Of a DNA stretch of 64,000 nt, positions 36,832 through 50,776 are shown in pieces. This DNA is from Malacoraja senta (Eukaryota). Where the stretch lies: positions 62,001 to 126,000 of the forward strand of contig JAXLNO010003819.1 of assembly GCA_038087875.1 (NCBI GenBank), read 5' to 3'. The position numbers and the translations under genes were made by a program. The notes under the pieces are model-generated. The model saw only the letters and a program-made list of their open reading frames with translations. It was not told the DNA's origin and searched no databases. Each line of letters starts with the position of its first letter. The stretch's first letter is position 1.

Positions 36832-39800
36832 CGCCCGGAATTTAATTTGGTTGGGTTGGAATGGTGGGCAGGATATATAATTCACGCGAATGCGTTGCGG
36901 TTTGGAAGCACACCGTGATTGTTGTTATAAGAAGACAACGCATTTTCGCTGAGAATAATAAAGATAGGCACAAAGTCAAAAAAGAATTCCACATGGTAAA
37001 CCCCCCCTACAAAATAACAAAATAGCCTTCTTCTCCTTCAATGAATAGTGATCTGGTAAATGTTTGATGAAGCGAGGAGTGGATCTCACCATTGAAACTG
37101 GAGATGAACAACCATTGAATCAATTTGCAGCAATATGAAGTGTGACATATCGTTGTTCAAGTAGAGGAGCGTCTTGGCGTTCAAATCTTCATCTCAATCT
37201 CGGATTCCATGCCTTTCTCTCAACATCTCCTCTGTGCCATTTTACAAAGCCCTTTGCCTACATATCGCCCTTACTCATGCCTTTGCCCTTATCTCCTTTC
37301 AGCCCCTGACAAAGTTCGATTGTTATAATATTATTATTACTGGAATTAGTTTTATGTATGTTGTAAGATAATTCATTGAATTAATTGAGAAATTCTTGTC
37401 ACTGTTATTTTGAAGAGCGCGCGCCAGTGTGGAAATCTTTGGCGACTTGATGCCTATCTTTATCATTCTCTTAGAACATTCTTGTTACCGATATTCAACC
37501 TGACGTAGTTCACCCCAAGCTCTGCCTCAAAGATTACTGTATTCAGATAAATTATACCGTAGTCCAACAGTAGCAGTGCCCCCCAAGTTCGACACTGTAG
37601 ATCTGTGATTAGTCGGAGTATTTGGCAAATAAGCCTGCAGTGTAGTTACCCGATAGACCAACTAACCGGGATACACGCCTGAGTACACTGTGCTTGACGA
37701 TCCATTCCACCTATAGCAATAAAATACCAGGTTATTCAGCCGATCACTTATTTTCGCAGCTGAGTCCAGGCAGATCAATAACATTCGAACATTTTAAGAC
37801 ACGCCTACAATTTCCAGAAAGATATCCAATTTTACGAAGACATGTTTATGTAGCAACGTGTCTTTATTTGAAATAAAGATAATTTTCATGTTGCTTGTTT
37901 CGCTTCCTTATGTAGCAATTAGGATCGTGCTAAGCGTTTATTTGCTATACGTTACCCTTTCTACCAGAACAGCCTTCCAGTCAATTCTTGAAAGCAATCA
38001 GAAATTGATCCAATTCCCTGTAAATCAGGCCAAACCTTATTTATGCCAGGGAAGGGAACACGGTTGGCAATTTCGCAATGGGTTATTCATTTTCTGGTTT
38101 CCTTATGATGCAGCAGATATTACATTTGCCTTGCGCAATTGAAAACATTGTGGTGCATTAGAGACAAGTCACAAATGACTAGAGATGCTGGAATCTGCAG
38201 CAAAAATAACATTATGTGTTGGTGGAACTCAACGGCGTCTGCCAGACATTGTACAAGAAAATGGAATGCGTGAGACGAGATGTAGTACACGGACGGTGAA
38301 ACCCCGCCTAAGGATTAAAGAATTAGTGGATGGACTCTGGTGAGGGAGAGACTGGTGGAGATAACAGCTGGGCTTGGAACGATGCCTGTTTCTTCGTTGT
38401 CCATATGGAGCATCCTTTGTTGCAAACCCATTCTCGCAAACTTCCCCATTCGGCCTCCCCTACGCGGACTGCGGCTTGTGAACTGCCTCTTGGAAACATG
38501 CAGAACAGGCTAATATTATTAACTTCGCCACTAACGTCCGCCTCGGCCTCCAATTGACTGGAGCCACTTTGCCCCTCCTATTTCATAATCGTTTTGTCTC
38601 TGTGGTTACACCGAATCAACAGATGAGGGGTGATGTAATCTGCAGCAAAAACATAAAACCATTTGCTGGAACAGTGTCCATTTGAACCCTGTTGGGACCA
38701 GTATCCTGGCAAACTGCCCAAGGATAGGGCTTCCTGCTGCAAGTGCGATGGTTCATATTGCCCCACACACCTTCAACATGTATCCTCTGGTTCTCTATTC
38801 CGCTATACGGGGCAAATGACTCTGTGCGTTTACCCGATCTACTCCTCTCATGGTTTTGGACACCGTTCACCCCCCTGCGCATCATGGAATAAAGTCCTCG
38901 CCAACTCATCCTCACCATGCTCAGTGGCACGGCGGCACGGTGGCGTAACTGGATAGCTACATTCTTACTGCGCCAGAGACACGGGTATGCTGACTACGGG
39001 TGCTTGTATGTACAGTTTGTACGCTCTCCCCGTGACTTGCGTGGGTTTTCTCCGAGATCTTGGGTTTACGCCCACAATCCAAAGACGTACATGTTTGTAG
39101 GTTAATTGGCTTGTTATGAATACCTGGACTATGGAACAGCATCCCTCTTCCCATCAGAACACCCCCCTCCATGAACTCTTTTAAGTCTAGACTTAAAAGT
39201 TATTTCTTCTCTCAAGCGTTTCTTGAGGTCCTCTGTGGGAGCGCTGCATGTATGTACTCATGTATGTATTGTTGATCTATGTACAACAGTATGTAGCACG
39301 TTTAGTACCTGCACTAATGTAAAGCACTTTGCACAACGAGAGTTGTTTTTGAATGTGCTATTGAAATAAAATTGACTTTACTTGACTTCATCAATGCAAA
39401 ATTGTCCCTAGTGTGCGTAGGGTATTGTTGATGTGCGAGGATCACTGGTAGGTGCGGACTTTGTGGGGCAAAGGGCCAGTTTCCGCGCTGTATCTCTGAA
39501 TTACACGAATCAAACTCAGTCCCTTGGATGCTGGCAACATCATCGCAAGTTTTCTCTGCACCCTTTCCTGCTGGACACCATCTTTCATATGACAAGTGCG
39601 CAAAACGGAACGCAATACTATAAAGCTTGCCTCTCGTGCTAACTTGCATCTATCTCGCCTCGAATCCGCTCCTTGCGGTTCGATGTGGGAATGGGGGTCA
39701 TTTCTAACTCGGAATTAAATAGAAGCAGAAAGTACATTTCGCCAGGCAATCAAGGTAACCTATAAATCCCGCATTGACCCGCTCCTCACAGTTCCTTTAC

Positions 39801-40066
39801 ATTATGATACCTTAGTGTTCCTCACAAAAGCCGAGCCGAGCTTCCCCTGTTACAGCGATGAGGGCGTTTCCTTCCCCACATGCCTAAACTGAATGAACGC
39901 TAACCGAGTCGCAACTGGGGAGGAAGCTGGGGTAGGGGGAAGTCAGTCGCTTCCCGCCCATCGTTACCTCTGCGCCACCAGCAGCAACAGTAGAGGCCAG
40001 AACATCCGAAAGCCGCACGGCACCAAGTCGATGAGGGAAGTTCACAAAGAGTTTTTCACAGGGAAA

Positions 40067-40990
40067 ATGCGCGTATTTGCCATTTGGATTGCGTGGGGAG
40101 CATGCCTGATAGGTAACATCGCAACAGTTAGTCCGGCTAATTGCTCAGACGAAAGGTCGATCATCATTGTGAATGTGAACCGGTCTAATCTTTCCCTATA
40201 TGTAAATGGAAGCCGGATACTATCTAATCGCCATCCATATGTAATGGAGAAAATGAATTGGTATAGGTAATGTTTCGTGTCGAGACCTTTCTTCAGGTCT
40301 TGTATTCCTTTTGTCAAGAGAGGCTGGCTGATCCGCTGAGCGAATACAACTTCTTGTGTCTAACTTCGGTTTAACTCAACATCTGCAGTTCCTTCCTACC
40401 TCTCATCCGCGGCAATGTTCGATTCACCTCGATGTGCAAGGGAACTATGCGATGCATATCTACCCTAGTGTCGACATTGACCTTTGTCTTTGGAACTGAT
40501 TCGCTACAATAATAATAATTTATTCTGCACTCTCTATCTTCCCTTCTTCTATCTATTGAGCGTGCATTTGATTTGATTGTATTTATGTATATTACCAGTT
40601 GATCTGTTTGGGTGACATGTAATACAAAGGTCTTCCGCGTATTTCGGTGCACGCATGACAAACCTAATCCATATATTTTTCAGATCCCAATTATGGAGTT
40701 ACCGTCACACAATCGCTGCCGTCAGCACAGAAGGTAGAAGGAGAGTCGATGAATTTCAGCGGCACCTATGACACCGCAGAAACGTACTACGACTTACTTT
40801 GGTACCGGCATCATCAGGACTCAAGGCCCGTATTCATACTGTGGAAATATTCAAGAGGAAGCGAGGAGAAAGCCGATTTTGCAGGGGATCGCTTCTCTGC
40901 CCTGCTCCAGACCGATAGAAAATTAGTCAGTTTAACACTTTCGGGGCTGAAGCTGAGCGACTCTGCAGTTTATTACTGCGCCCTGAGCCT
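40067..40990 (+). CDS. TRAV: TCR alpha/delta V segment V11: open frame but first conserved Cys replaced by Gly (ORF, probably non-functional)
   Basis: Leader 40067-40112, V exon 40684-40990. Codon 40761-40763 is GGC where all family B paralogs have TGC. Confidence 0.88.
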
Positions 40991-41029
40991 CACAGTGATG
41001 GAAACCAGTGAAACCTTCCTACAAAAACA
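40991..41029 (+). other. 23-RSS of V11
   Basis: CACAGTG + 23 nt + ACAAAAACA. Confidence 0.93.
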
Positions 41030-43145
41030 TCAGTTTCTGCTTTGCCTGCTGCAGCGAGATACATCTGCACCGCGCTTGGTGGTTGTGGTTTCCCGCCGCC
41101 TGAGAATTCTTCCCAACTCACTCAGTATTTTTCTCGAGGGCGGCTTGCGGTATCATCGGTGCAGCTGAGACCCACCGACTCCCTTTCTGTGCTCTGAGCT
41201 GAGGGCGGCATCTGTGTGAACAGAATCGCCATGTCTGGTGTCTGGAAAACACATGGATTGGATTTAGATATATAATGGACAGAGATACAGTGATGAATTA
41301 TGCTTCCCATGCTGGGCAGCAGATCAGATAACGGTCCATAAATACAACCCATTCAAACCGAAGTGCAATAGATAGAGCAAAGGGAAAGATACAGAGTGCA
41401 GAATAAAGTTCTCCACATTGTAGCGCATCAATTCCAGAATCAAATCCCAATGTCCGCAATGCGGTAGATGTGCACCGGCCTGTACTCCACTTTATGACGT
41501 TAAATCCTGTAGTACCCTGCCGAAGATAGACACAAAATGCAGGTGGGACAGGAGGCATATCCGGAGTGAAGATGGGTGACGTTTCGGGTCGAGACTGAGA
41601 TTCAGGGGAGAGGGAGACTAGCGATATGGAACGGTAAGGTGTGAAAAGGATAGATTAAAACGGACCCTGGTCCAGGAAATGTCTAATATCATTGTTAGCT
41701 GGGGGGGGGGGGGAGGCAACAACGTGGCATTCAAACAGAGATATTAGTGAGATTATGAATGATAACGAAATTGACAATGTATCTCTTATAAGCGACGACG
41801 ATCAACATCATCTTCATTATTTGTGTGTTCCCTACAGCAGTACATCGATTCAGCAGGATCTCAGAGAAGACCCACGAGGTCACGGCGAGAACCTACAAAC
41901 TCCGTACACAGCACCCGTAGACGGGATCGATCCCGTGTCTCCGGCGCTGCAAGTGCTGTAAGGCAGCAACTCTACTGCTGCGCCACCGTGGCCGCCCGGA
42001 ATTTAATTTGGTTAGGTTGGAAAGGTGGGCAGAATAAATAATCCTCGCGAATGCTTTGCGGTTTGGAAGCACACCGTGAATGTTGGTACATGAACGCAAC
42101 ACATTTTCGCGGAGAATAATAAAGTTAGGCACCAAGTGAAAAAAAGGTTTCCACACGCTAAAAACCCCCTTTAAAATAACAAAATGGCCTTCTTGAATAA
42201 ATTGTGATCTGGTAAATGTTTGATGAAGCGAGGAGTGGATCACATCATTGAAACTGGAGATGAATAACCAATGAAATAATTTGCAGCAATTTGAAGCGTG
42301 ACATTCCGTTGATAAAGTAGAGGAGCGTCTTGGCGTTCAAAACTTCATCTCAATCTCGGATTCTATGCCTTTCTCTTAACGTCTCCTCTGTGCCATTTTA
42401 CAAAGCCCTTGCCCACATTTCGCCCCTACTCGTGCCTTTGGCCTTATCTCCTTTCAGCCCCTGACAAAGCTCGAAATATTATAATATTGTTATCAGTGGG
42501 ATTAGTTATATGTATGTTGTAAGATAATTAATTGAATTAATACAGACATTCTTGTCACTGTTATTTTGAAGAGCGCGCGCCGGTGCGGAAATCTTTGGCG
42601 ACTTGATGCCTATCTTTAGCATTCTCTTAGAACATTATTGTTACCGATATTCAACCCGACGTGGTTCACCCCAAGCTCTGCCGCAACGATTACTGTATTC
42701 AGATAAAATATACCGTACGTCCAACAGTAGCAGTGCCCCCCAAGTGCGGCTTTGTAGATCTGTGATTAGTCGGAGTATTTGGCAAATAAGCTTGCAGTGT
42801 AGTTACCTGATTGACCAACTAACCGGGATACACGCCTGTGTACACTGCGATGATGATCCATTCCCTCTATAACAATAAAATACCAGGTTGTTCTGCCGAT
42901 CACTTATTTTCGCAGCTGAGTTCAAGCAGATCAATAACAATCGAACATTTTAAGACACGCCGACATTTTCCAGAAATATATCCAATTTAACGAAGACATG
43001 TTTATGTAGCAGCGTGTCTTTATTTGAAATAATGATAATGTTCATCTTGCTTGTTTCGCTTTCTTATGCAGGAATTAGGTTCGTGCTAAGCGTTTATTCC
43101 GTATATCTTACCCTTTCTACCAGAACAGCCTTCCAGTGCATTCTT

Positions 43146-46100
43146 TTTTTTTTTTTATAATGAAAAAGAAAAAGAGCGAATAGATTATAAAATATAGAAA
43201 AAACAGTGATCTATAGTGCGTGAGAAAGAAAAAAGGGTGAAAGAAGAAAAGTGAAGAAAAGAAGATAGGAAGAAAAATAGTAGAAATTAAAAGATTAAGG
43301 ATATCGTTATTTATAATCTTGACCATCCCTCACCCTGGAACAGTTAGCTTCTACAATTGTGTTGCACCATATGCTTCCAAAAAGACCACAAATGGAGACC
43401 AACTCGTTAAGAATTGGTCTGATTTATCTATTAGGAGGAATCGCATTTCCACAAGATGTGCGGTGTCCAACATGCTTGAAATCCACATTTTAAGCGTTGG
43501 TATTGCTGTATTTTTCCATAATTTATGTATTAGTTTTTTTGCCATTATTAAACCATAATTAAAAAATAAATTTTGTGATGAGTTCAATTTATTCCCGTCT
43601 TCCATTGCTCCAAATATAATCATTTCAGTATTAGGTTCCATTTTTATCTTGAATAAGTTTGTAAATATTTCAAAAATATCACTCCAAAATTTATAAAGTT
43701 TTATGAAGGAAAAAAAAGAGTGTGTTATAGTTGCGTTTTGGGATAAACATTTATCACAAATGGGGGACGTATTGGATAGAATTTATTCAATCTAGTTTTT
43801 GAATACTACAATCTATGTAAAATGTTAAATTGAATTAAATTATGTCTTACATTATTCGAACATTTGTGTATATATATCAAATACTTTTCACATGTTTCCT
43901 TCGCAATTTTTATCATTAATTCTCGTTCCCAATCTTCTCTAAGTACCTCTGTCGATGGTAGGTCTATATTTAAAATACTATTATATAAATATGATATTAA
44001 TTTCTGTTAGTCAGCCTTAATATTCATTGCTTCTTGCAGTGGATCAAAAGTTATGTTTTGATATCATTGTATGTATTTCTTCACAAAGTCGCAAATCTGA
44101 AGATATTTAAAATATTGGTTATTTTTCGTTTAAATTTTAATTGTAATTGTTGGAATGGTAACAGGTTTCCCATTTCATACATATCACCGATCCTTTTAAT
44201 TCCCATTCTTTCCCATTGGTTATATGTTTTATCAATAAGAGATGGGTTAAATGAAGGATTATTCACTATTGGCATTAACAATGATAGATTTCTCATTTTT
44301 AAAGATAATTTAATTTGTTTCCAAATTCTTATTGTATCATTGTTATTCTTGTATATTGTGTTGTTCAGTTTTATCGGGGAGAAGAGGATCGCTCCTATGT
44401 TACAAGGAGAACAATCCTCTTTCTCCATTCTTATCCATTCTGTCTGTTGGGTAGAACTGTCCTACCAATAAATTATATTCTTAATATGCACTGCCCAATA
44501 GTAATACAAAAAGTTCGGATTTTAAAGCCTTAGACCTCCATTGTTTTACTGATTGGTCTAAGTATGGTCTAAAACACAATTGAAGTCCCCCCCTATTATT
44601 ACATTTTGGTAATTAAACTCTGATATTATATCTATAATTTTATTAGAAAATTGGGGGTTGTCAACGTTCGGAGCGTAGTTGTTGAATAAATTTCTCCCGA
44701 AACTATAATATACCTTCCCTCTTTATCTGAAATAGTATTCTTTAATTTAAAAGGTATACCTTACCGAACAATAATAGCCGTACCTCTAGATTTAGAAGTA
44801 AATGAAGAATAATATGTTTGATCTATCCACTTCGCCTTTAATCTCATCTGTGTTTGTTGTTTCATGTGTGTTTCCTGCAAAAACATTATGTCACAATACA
44901 AAGATTTTAATTGAGCAACAATTTTACCCCTCTTAATTGATTCATTGGCACCCCTTATATTCCAACTACAGAATGTAATTCCTCCATTCTTTATTTGTCT
45001 ATCGTCTTGCATTATATATCAGTATAGTGTTTTTGAATCATATGGTGCAACCAAATACCTCAGAATTCTGTGTGCTGGGTGGTCATCCCGACTTTTAAAA
45101 TTTATGTTACATCTCCGTCCTGTATAGTACCTTAGAAAAAGAAAGACAAAATGTGATATGAAATTGACTACAAAAAAATTAAACCAATAGAAATCTTTAT
45201 AGTGATTAAAAAAAAATTGACGTTAAGGTATCTAAGAAAATATACCTTAAAACCGAATAGCCACCTGAGGTGGCGAACAATTTATGGACTTCCATTGATG
45301 TTGTTGTACATTGAGGTCCATCCCCTTAGCAGAGTCTCGTGAAAGGCTACGGACCGTTTCATATGTTGTTTTTTAAAATACATTTATCAAACCAGCACCA
45401 GTAAAAACAGAAAGAATTCAGAAAAAGAAGTAAAAAATAAAAAACCAAAAATAAAACACAACGTATGTTCAGTTCTATAAGTATATATGCCTTTCCAATT
45501 TATCTAACCTTAATCTAGTCTAAACGTTACCATATATATCCACCCAAAGTTCTTACATGATATCCCATTCTTTAACTATAATACAAGCAGGTACCAAGGG
45601 GTTAAACAAAGCCACGCATCTGGATCTTTTCCAAGTGTATACTGCTCCTGCCTCCTTCACACACAATATTAGTTTGTTAGTATTATTATGAACATTTTAG
45701 TTAATTACTGTATATTAGTATATATCATCAATATTAGTTCATTTTCCTTAACAATTTTAAATTTATAAAATCAAAATTATGTACACTCCCATTATCACCG
45801 CTTCATGGGTTATTCATATTTGCCACTTACATTAACAGATAATTAGTATTATTAAATTTGTTAGATTAATTGATTATTTATTATTATAATATAGTAATTA
45901 AAGATTTTCTTAAATCAACAATTTCTTATATTCCAATCAATATTATCTCGTTCCATGTCACTTATTAATTCCCTCATTAATTCTGTATCTTCAACGTCCT
46001 TTTGTTTATCTTTAAGTTTTTCATTCAAGGTGAAACATGGACTGTACTCTCGAAAACACATTCCAGACAGATAGGCATATCTGGTAACTGTCTGGAAAAG

Positions 46101-47043
46101 TTCCGCCATCTTAACCAGAGCAAAACCTTGTCTAAAAAAGTTAAAAAGTTCAATATTCATCCTTGCCGTCATCTTCACCCGCTGTTTTCTTTACGATATC
46201 CTGTGCGTACTTAAAAGCCTTTTCGGGATCCGTAAATGAGCGTTCAGTGTCCTTATAAGTAATCTTCATTTTTGCTGGGTAGACCACCCCATATCTCACA
46301 TGGGGTACTCCTTTCAGAATATTTCTTGTCTGTGTAAACAAGTTCCTTTTTTGGACGACCTCAGGGGGATAATCACGGAAGAGTCTAATATTATCCCCAA
46401 GATATGTGAGATTCTCCACATGGATAATCTTATTCAATATATTTTCCACTGAAGAGATGTCGAGGAATTTCACAATTATCTGTCTTGGATGAGCACTTAT
46501 CCCCTTTGGAACACGTCCAACCCGGTGAACGACATCTATTCTTGGGTATTCCGGCAGTTTAAAAACATCTTTAAGTAAATCAGCAACGAAAGTACGTGTT
46601 TGAGATCCACGCCCCTCTCGTCCTTCCCTTACTCCAACAATTCTCAAATTCTGCCTTCTCGATCTCGCCTCCAAATGCAGACATTTGTCAGTCATTCTCA
46701 CGAGTTGCTTCCCCTCAGATTTTTGTGCTTTTTTCAGACTCGTTATTTCCATAGCCATTTCTTTCATTGCAGTCTCCATTTCTTCCATCAGCTCATCAGA
46801 CTTTTCCATGTTATCATATCCCATTGAATTTCGTATTATAATCTTTTTCCATTTTAGCACATTCTGACATTAATGTTTTATCAAGCTCATTATACTGCTT
46901 CTTCAGCTCCTTTAACTCACCACAAGCAAAGTAATTTTTTTTAGAAAGATTAGTCTCCATACTCTCCATATTAGTCTCCACACTCTGCATTTTAGTCTCC
47001 ATATTAGTCTCCATACTCTGCATTTTTTCCAGTGTAGTATTAA
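43146..47043 (-). mobile_element. L1-clade LINE retaining ORF1, the endonuclease start and the 3' end but lacking the RT core
   Basis: TSD ttccagt(g/c)cattctt at 43131-43145 and 47044-47058. Endonuclease start 44761..45012 (SWNIRG, LQETH). ORF2 C-terminus at 43351..43641 and 44081..44428. Confidence 0.88.
46150..47023 (-). pseudogene. L1 ORF1p (coiled coil, RRM, CTD), frameshifted near 46814-46860
   Basis: LEARSRRQNLRIVGVREG, HRVG, PRQIIVKF and YPAKMKI motifs typical of L1 ORF1p. Confidence 0.82.
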
Positions 47044-48930
47044 TTCCAGTCCATTCTTGAAAGCAATCAGAAATTGATCCAATTCCGTGTAAATCAGGCC
47101 AAACCTTATTTATACCAGGGAAGAGAACAGGGTTGATAATTTCGCAATGTGTTGTTCATTTTCTGGTTTCCTTATGATGCAGCAGATATTACATTTGCCT
47201 TGCGCAAATGAAAACATTGTAGTGCATTAGAGAACAGCCACAAATGATCAGAGATGCTGGAACCTGCAGCAAAAATAACATTATGTGTTGGTGGATCTCA
47301 GCGGCGTCTGCCAGACATTGTACAAGAAAATGGAATGCGTGAGATGAGGTGTAGTACACGAACGGTGAATCCCCACGTGAGGATTAAAGAATTAGTGGAT
47401 GGACTCTGCTGAGGGAGAGACTGGTGGAGATAACAGCAGGGATTGGTACGTTGCCTGTTTCTGCGTTAGCCACATGGAACATCCTTTGTTCCAAACCCAT
47501 TCTCGCAAATTTCCCCTGCGCGGACTACGGCTTGTGGACTGCCTCTTGGAACCAGGCACTACAGGCTAATATTGTTACCCTCGCCATTAATGTCCGCCCC
47601 GGGCTCCAAGTGACTGGAACCACGTTGCCCCTCCTATTTCCTAATCGTTTTGTCTCTGATCACCCGATGGTTACACCGAATAAACAGATGAGTGGTGATG
47701 TGACCTGCAGCATAAAATAAAACTATTTGCTGGCGCTGTGTCCACTTGAACCCTGTTGGGACCAGTATCCTGGCAAACTGCACAACGAGGGCGGTAGATA
47801 GGGCTTCCTGCTGCAAGTAGGAAGTGTCAATATGAGTTTTTGCAAACACATAGAGGAGGCACGCAGGATCACGTGATGTGTTGTAGATTACAAAGACTCA
47901 CTTCGTAATCGTTTCCGCTCATCGAGCCCTTTCTTTTTGCCGACCACGGATGGATTCAGGGGCCGGTGTTGTTGCATGGTTGACACCAACTCAGAAATAG
48001 GAGACGCGCCAGGCTTCCGCGGTGCTATCAATGAGCAAGTGTGGAATCGCTCTCCTCTTGTCCGCGGCTGCGATGACGTTGGCAATAAAGCACTGGATGT
48101 CCTGCGCTCAGCTGCAATGAGCAAAATTGCATTCCCCAATCGAGCCTAATATCGCCAATGTAGGGAGCACACAGATGAAGAAGATTATGTTTATCCTCGT
48201 CGCCAATAAGCGACACATTTTCAATCTCGGTATCATTCAAAATCGCACTCAAGTTTCTGTTTGTTATCTCCCCCCCAGCTAAAAATGATATTCGACATTT
48301 CCTTGATCTACTGTTTTCACACCTTACCCTTCCATGCCTCTAGTCTCCCTCTCCCCTGACTCTCAGTATCGGCCCGTAACATCACCCATCTTCTCTCCGT
48401 AAATGCCTCCTGTCCCGCTGTTACACCAGCATTTTGTGTTTATCTTCGGCAGGGCACGACAAGATTTAACTCCATAGGGCAGAGTACAGGCCGGTGCACA
48501 TCTGCCGCATTGTGGACATTGGGATTTGATACTGGAATTGATGCGCTACAATGTGGAGAACTTTATTCTGCACTCTGTATCTTTCCCTTTGCTCTATCTA
48601 TTGCACTTCGGTTTGAATGGGTTGTATTTATGGACCGTTATCTGATCTGCTAGCTGGTATGCAAAGCATAGTTCATCACTGTATCTCTGACCATTATAAA
48701 TCTAAATCCAATCCATGTGTTTTCCAGAAATGGCGATTCTGTTCACACAGATGCCGCCCTCAGCACAGAGCACAGAAAGGGAGTCGGTGGGTTTCAGCTG
48801 CGCCGATGACACCACAAGCAGCCCTCGAGAGAATCTCAGTGAGTTGGGAAGAATTCTCAGGCGGCGGGAAACCACAACCACCAAGCGCGGTGCAGACGTA
48901 TCTCGCTGCAGCAGGCAAAGCAGAAGCTGA

Positions 48931-48969
48931 TGTTTTTGTCGGAAGGTTCCACTGGTTTCCATCACTGTG
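48931..48969 (-). other. 23-RSS of V12
   Basis: CACAGTG + 23 nt + ACAAAAACA. Confidence 0.93.
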
Positions 48970-49901
48970 CGGCTAAAGGCGCAGTAATAAACTGCAGAGT
49001 CGCTCAGCTTCAGACCCGAAAGTGTTAAACGGACTAATTTTCTATCGGTCTGGTGCTGGGCAGAGAAGCGATCGCCTGCAAAATCGGCTTTCTCCTCGTT
49101 TCCTATTGAATATTTCCTCCATATGAACTCGGGCCTTGAGACCTGATGATGCCGGTACCAAAATAAGTAGTAGTACGTTTCTGCGGTCTCATAGGTGCAG
49201 CTGAAAGTCACCGACTCTCCTTCTACCTTCTGTGCTGACGGCAGCGATTGTGTGACGGTATCTCGATGATTGGGATCTGAAAAAATATATGGATTATGTT
49301 TAGGTTTGTCATGCGTGCACGAAAATACGCGGAAGACTTTTGCATTGCATCCTACCCAAACAGATCAACTGATAATATACTTCAATACAATCAAATTAAA
49401 CGCACGTTCCACAGATAGAAAAAGGGAAGATAGCGAGTGCATAATAAAGTTAATATTATTGTAGCGAATCAGTCCTAGAGACAAAGGCCAATGTCGACAC
49501 TGAGGTAGATATGCATCGCATAGTTGCCTTGCATATCGAGGTGAATCGAACATTGCCGCAGCTTATAGGTACGAAGGAACCGCAGATGCTGACTTAAACC
49601 GAAGTTAGACACGAAAAGCTGGAGTAACTCAGCGGGTCAGCCTGCCGCTCTTGACAAAAGGAATAGGTGACCTGAAGAAGCGTCTCGACCCGAAACATTA
49701 CCTATACCAATTCATTTTCTCCATGGCATGTGGATGGCGATTAGATAGGACCGGCTTACCATTTACATATGGGGAAAGATTAGACCGGTTCGCATTCACA
49801 ATGATGGTCGACGTTCCGTCGGAGTAAGTAATCGGATTAACTGCTGCGATTTTACCTATGAGGCATGCTCCCCACACAATCCAGATGGCAAATACGCGCA
49901 T
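48970..49901 (-). CDS. TRAV: TCR alpha/delta V segment V12 (family B), open frame
   Basis: Leader 49901-49856, intron 49855-49277, V exon 49276-48970 with C, W and YYC. Confidence 0.92.
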
Positions 49902-50309
49902 TTTCCCTGTGAAAACCCCTTTGTGAGATTCCCTCCTCCACATGGTGCTGTGCGGCTTTCGGATGTTCTCGCCTCTCCAGCTGGTGCTGGTGACTGACTT
50001 CCGCCTACCTCAGCTTCCTCCCCAGTTGGGACTCGGTCAGCGTTCGTTCAGGTTAGGCATGTTGTGACTGGGTGGGGAAGTAAACGTCCTCATCGCTGTA
50101 ACAGGGGAAACTCGACTCGGCCTTATGAGGAACTCTAAGATATCTCATATAAAGCAACTGTGAGGAGCGCGTCAATGAAGGATTGATATGTTGCGTTGAT
50201 TGCCTGGCGAAATGTACTTTCTGTTTAAATTTATCTCCGAGTTAGAAATTATCCCCATTCCCTCATCGAACCGCTAGGAACGGAGTCGATGCGAGATAGA
50301 TGCGAGTAA

Positions 50310-50776
50310 AGGGCCTGTCCCACGGGCATGCGACTCCATGCGGCAAGCGCGACCTAACGTGGTCGCTTGAGCCGTACGGCCTCGCGGGGCCGGTCCCACT
50401 TCGATCGCCGGAGCCGTATGGAGTTGTGCGGAGCTGGTCCCGACATCGCGCGGGGCTCCGAAAAACTGACCGTGTTCAAAAATTCCGCGCGGCAACGGCC
50501 TGCCGGCCCGCAGCCGCCTCGACGCGGTACGCAGCGTCTCGACGCCGTACGCAGCGTCTTGACGCCATACGTCACGCGCGAACTTCCCGCGTCACTCACT
50601 CGACCTCCGCTTCACTCACTCACTCACTCACTGGTCGCGCTTGCCGCATGCAGCCGCATGCTGGTGGGACCGGCCCTGTACGGGGATCACTCGAACTCCG
50701 CGCGGCCCCCGCGCGGCCCCCGCTTCCGGTTAGGTCGCGCTTGCCGTATGGAGTCGCATGCCCGTGGACAGACCCT
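50310..50776. mobile_element. PIF/Harbinger-type MITE (467 bp)
   Basis: ~48-bp TIRs starting AGGGCCTGTCCCAC / ending GTGGACAGACCCT, with TAA/TTA flanks. Absent from paralogous sites (..CAAGTTAGGATGCG at ~16580 and ~33230). Confidence 0.82.
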
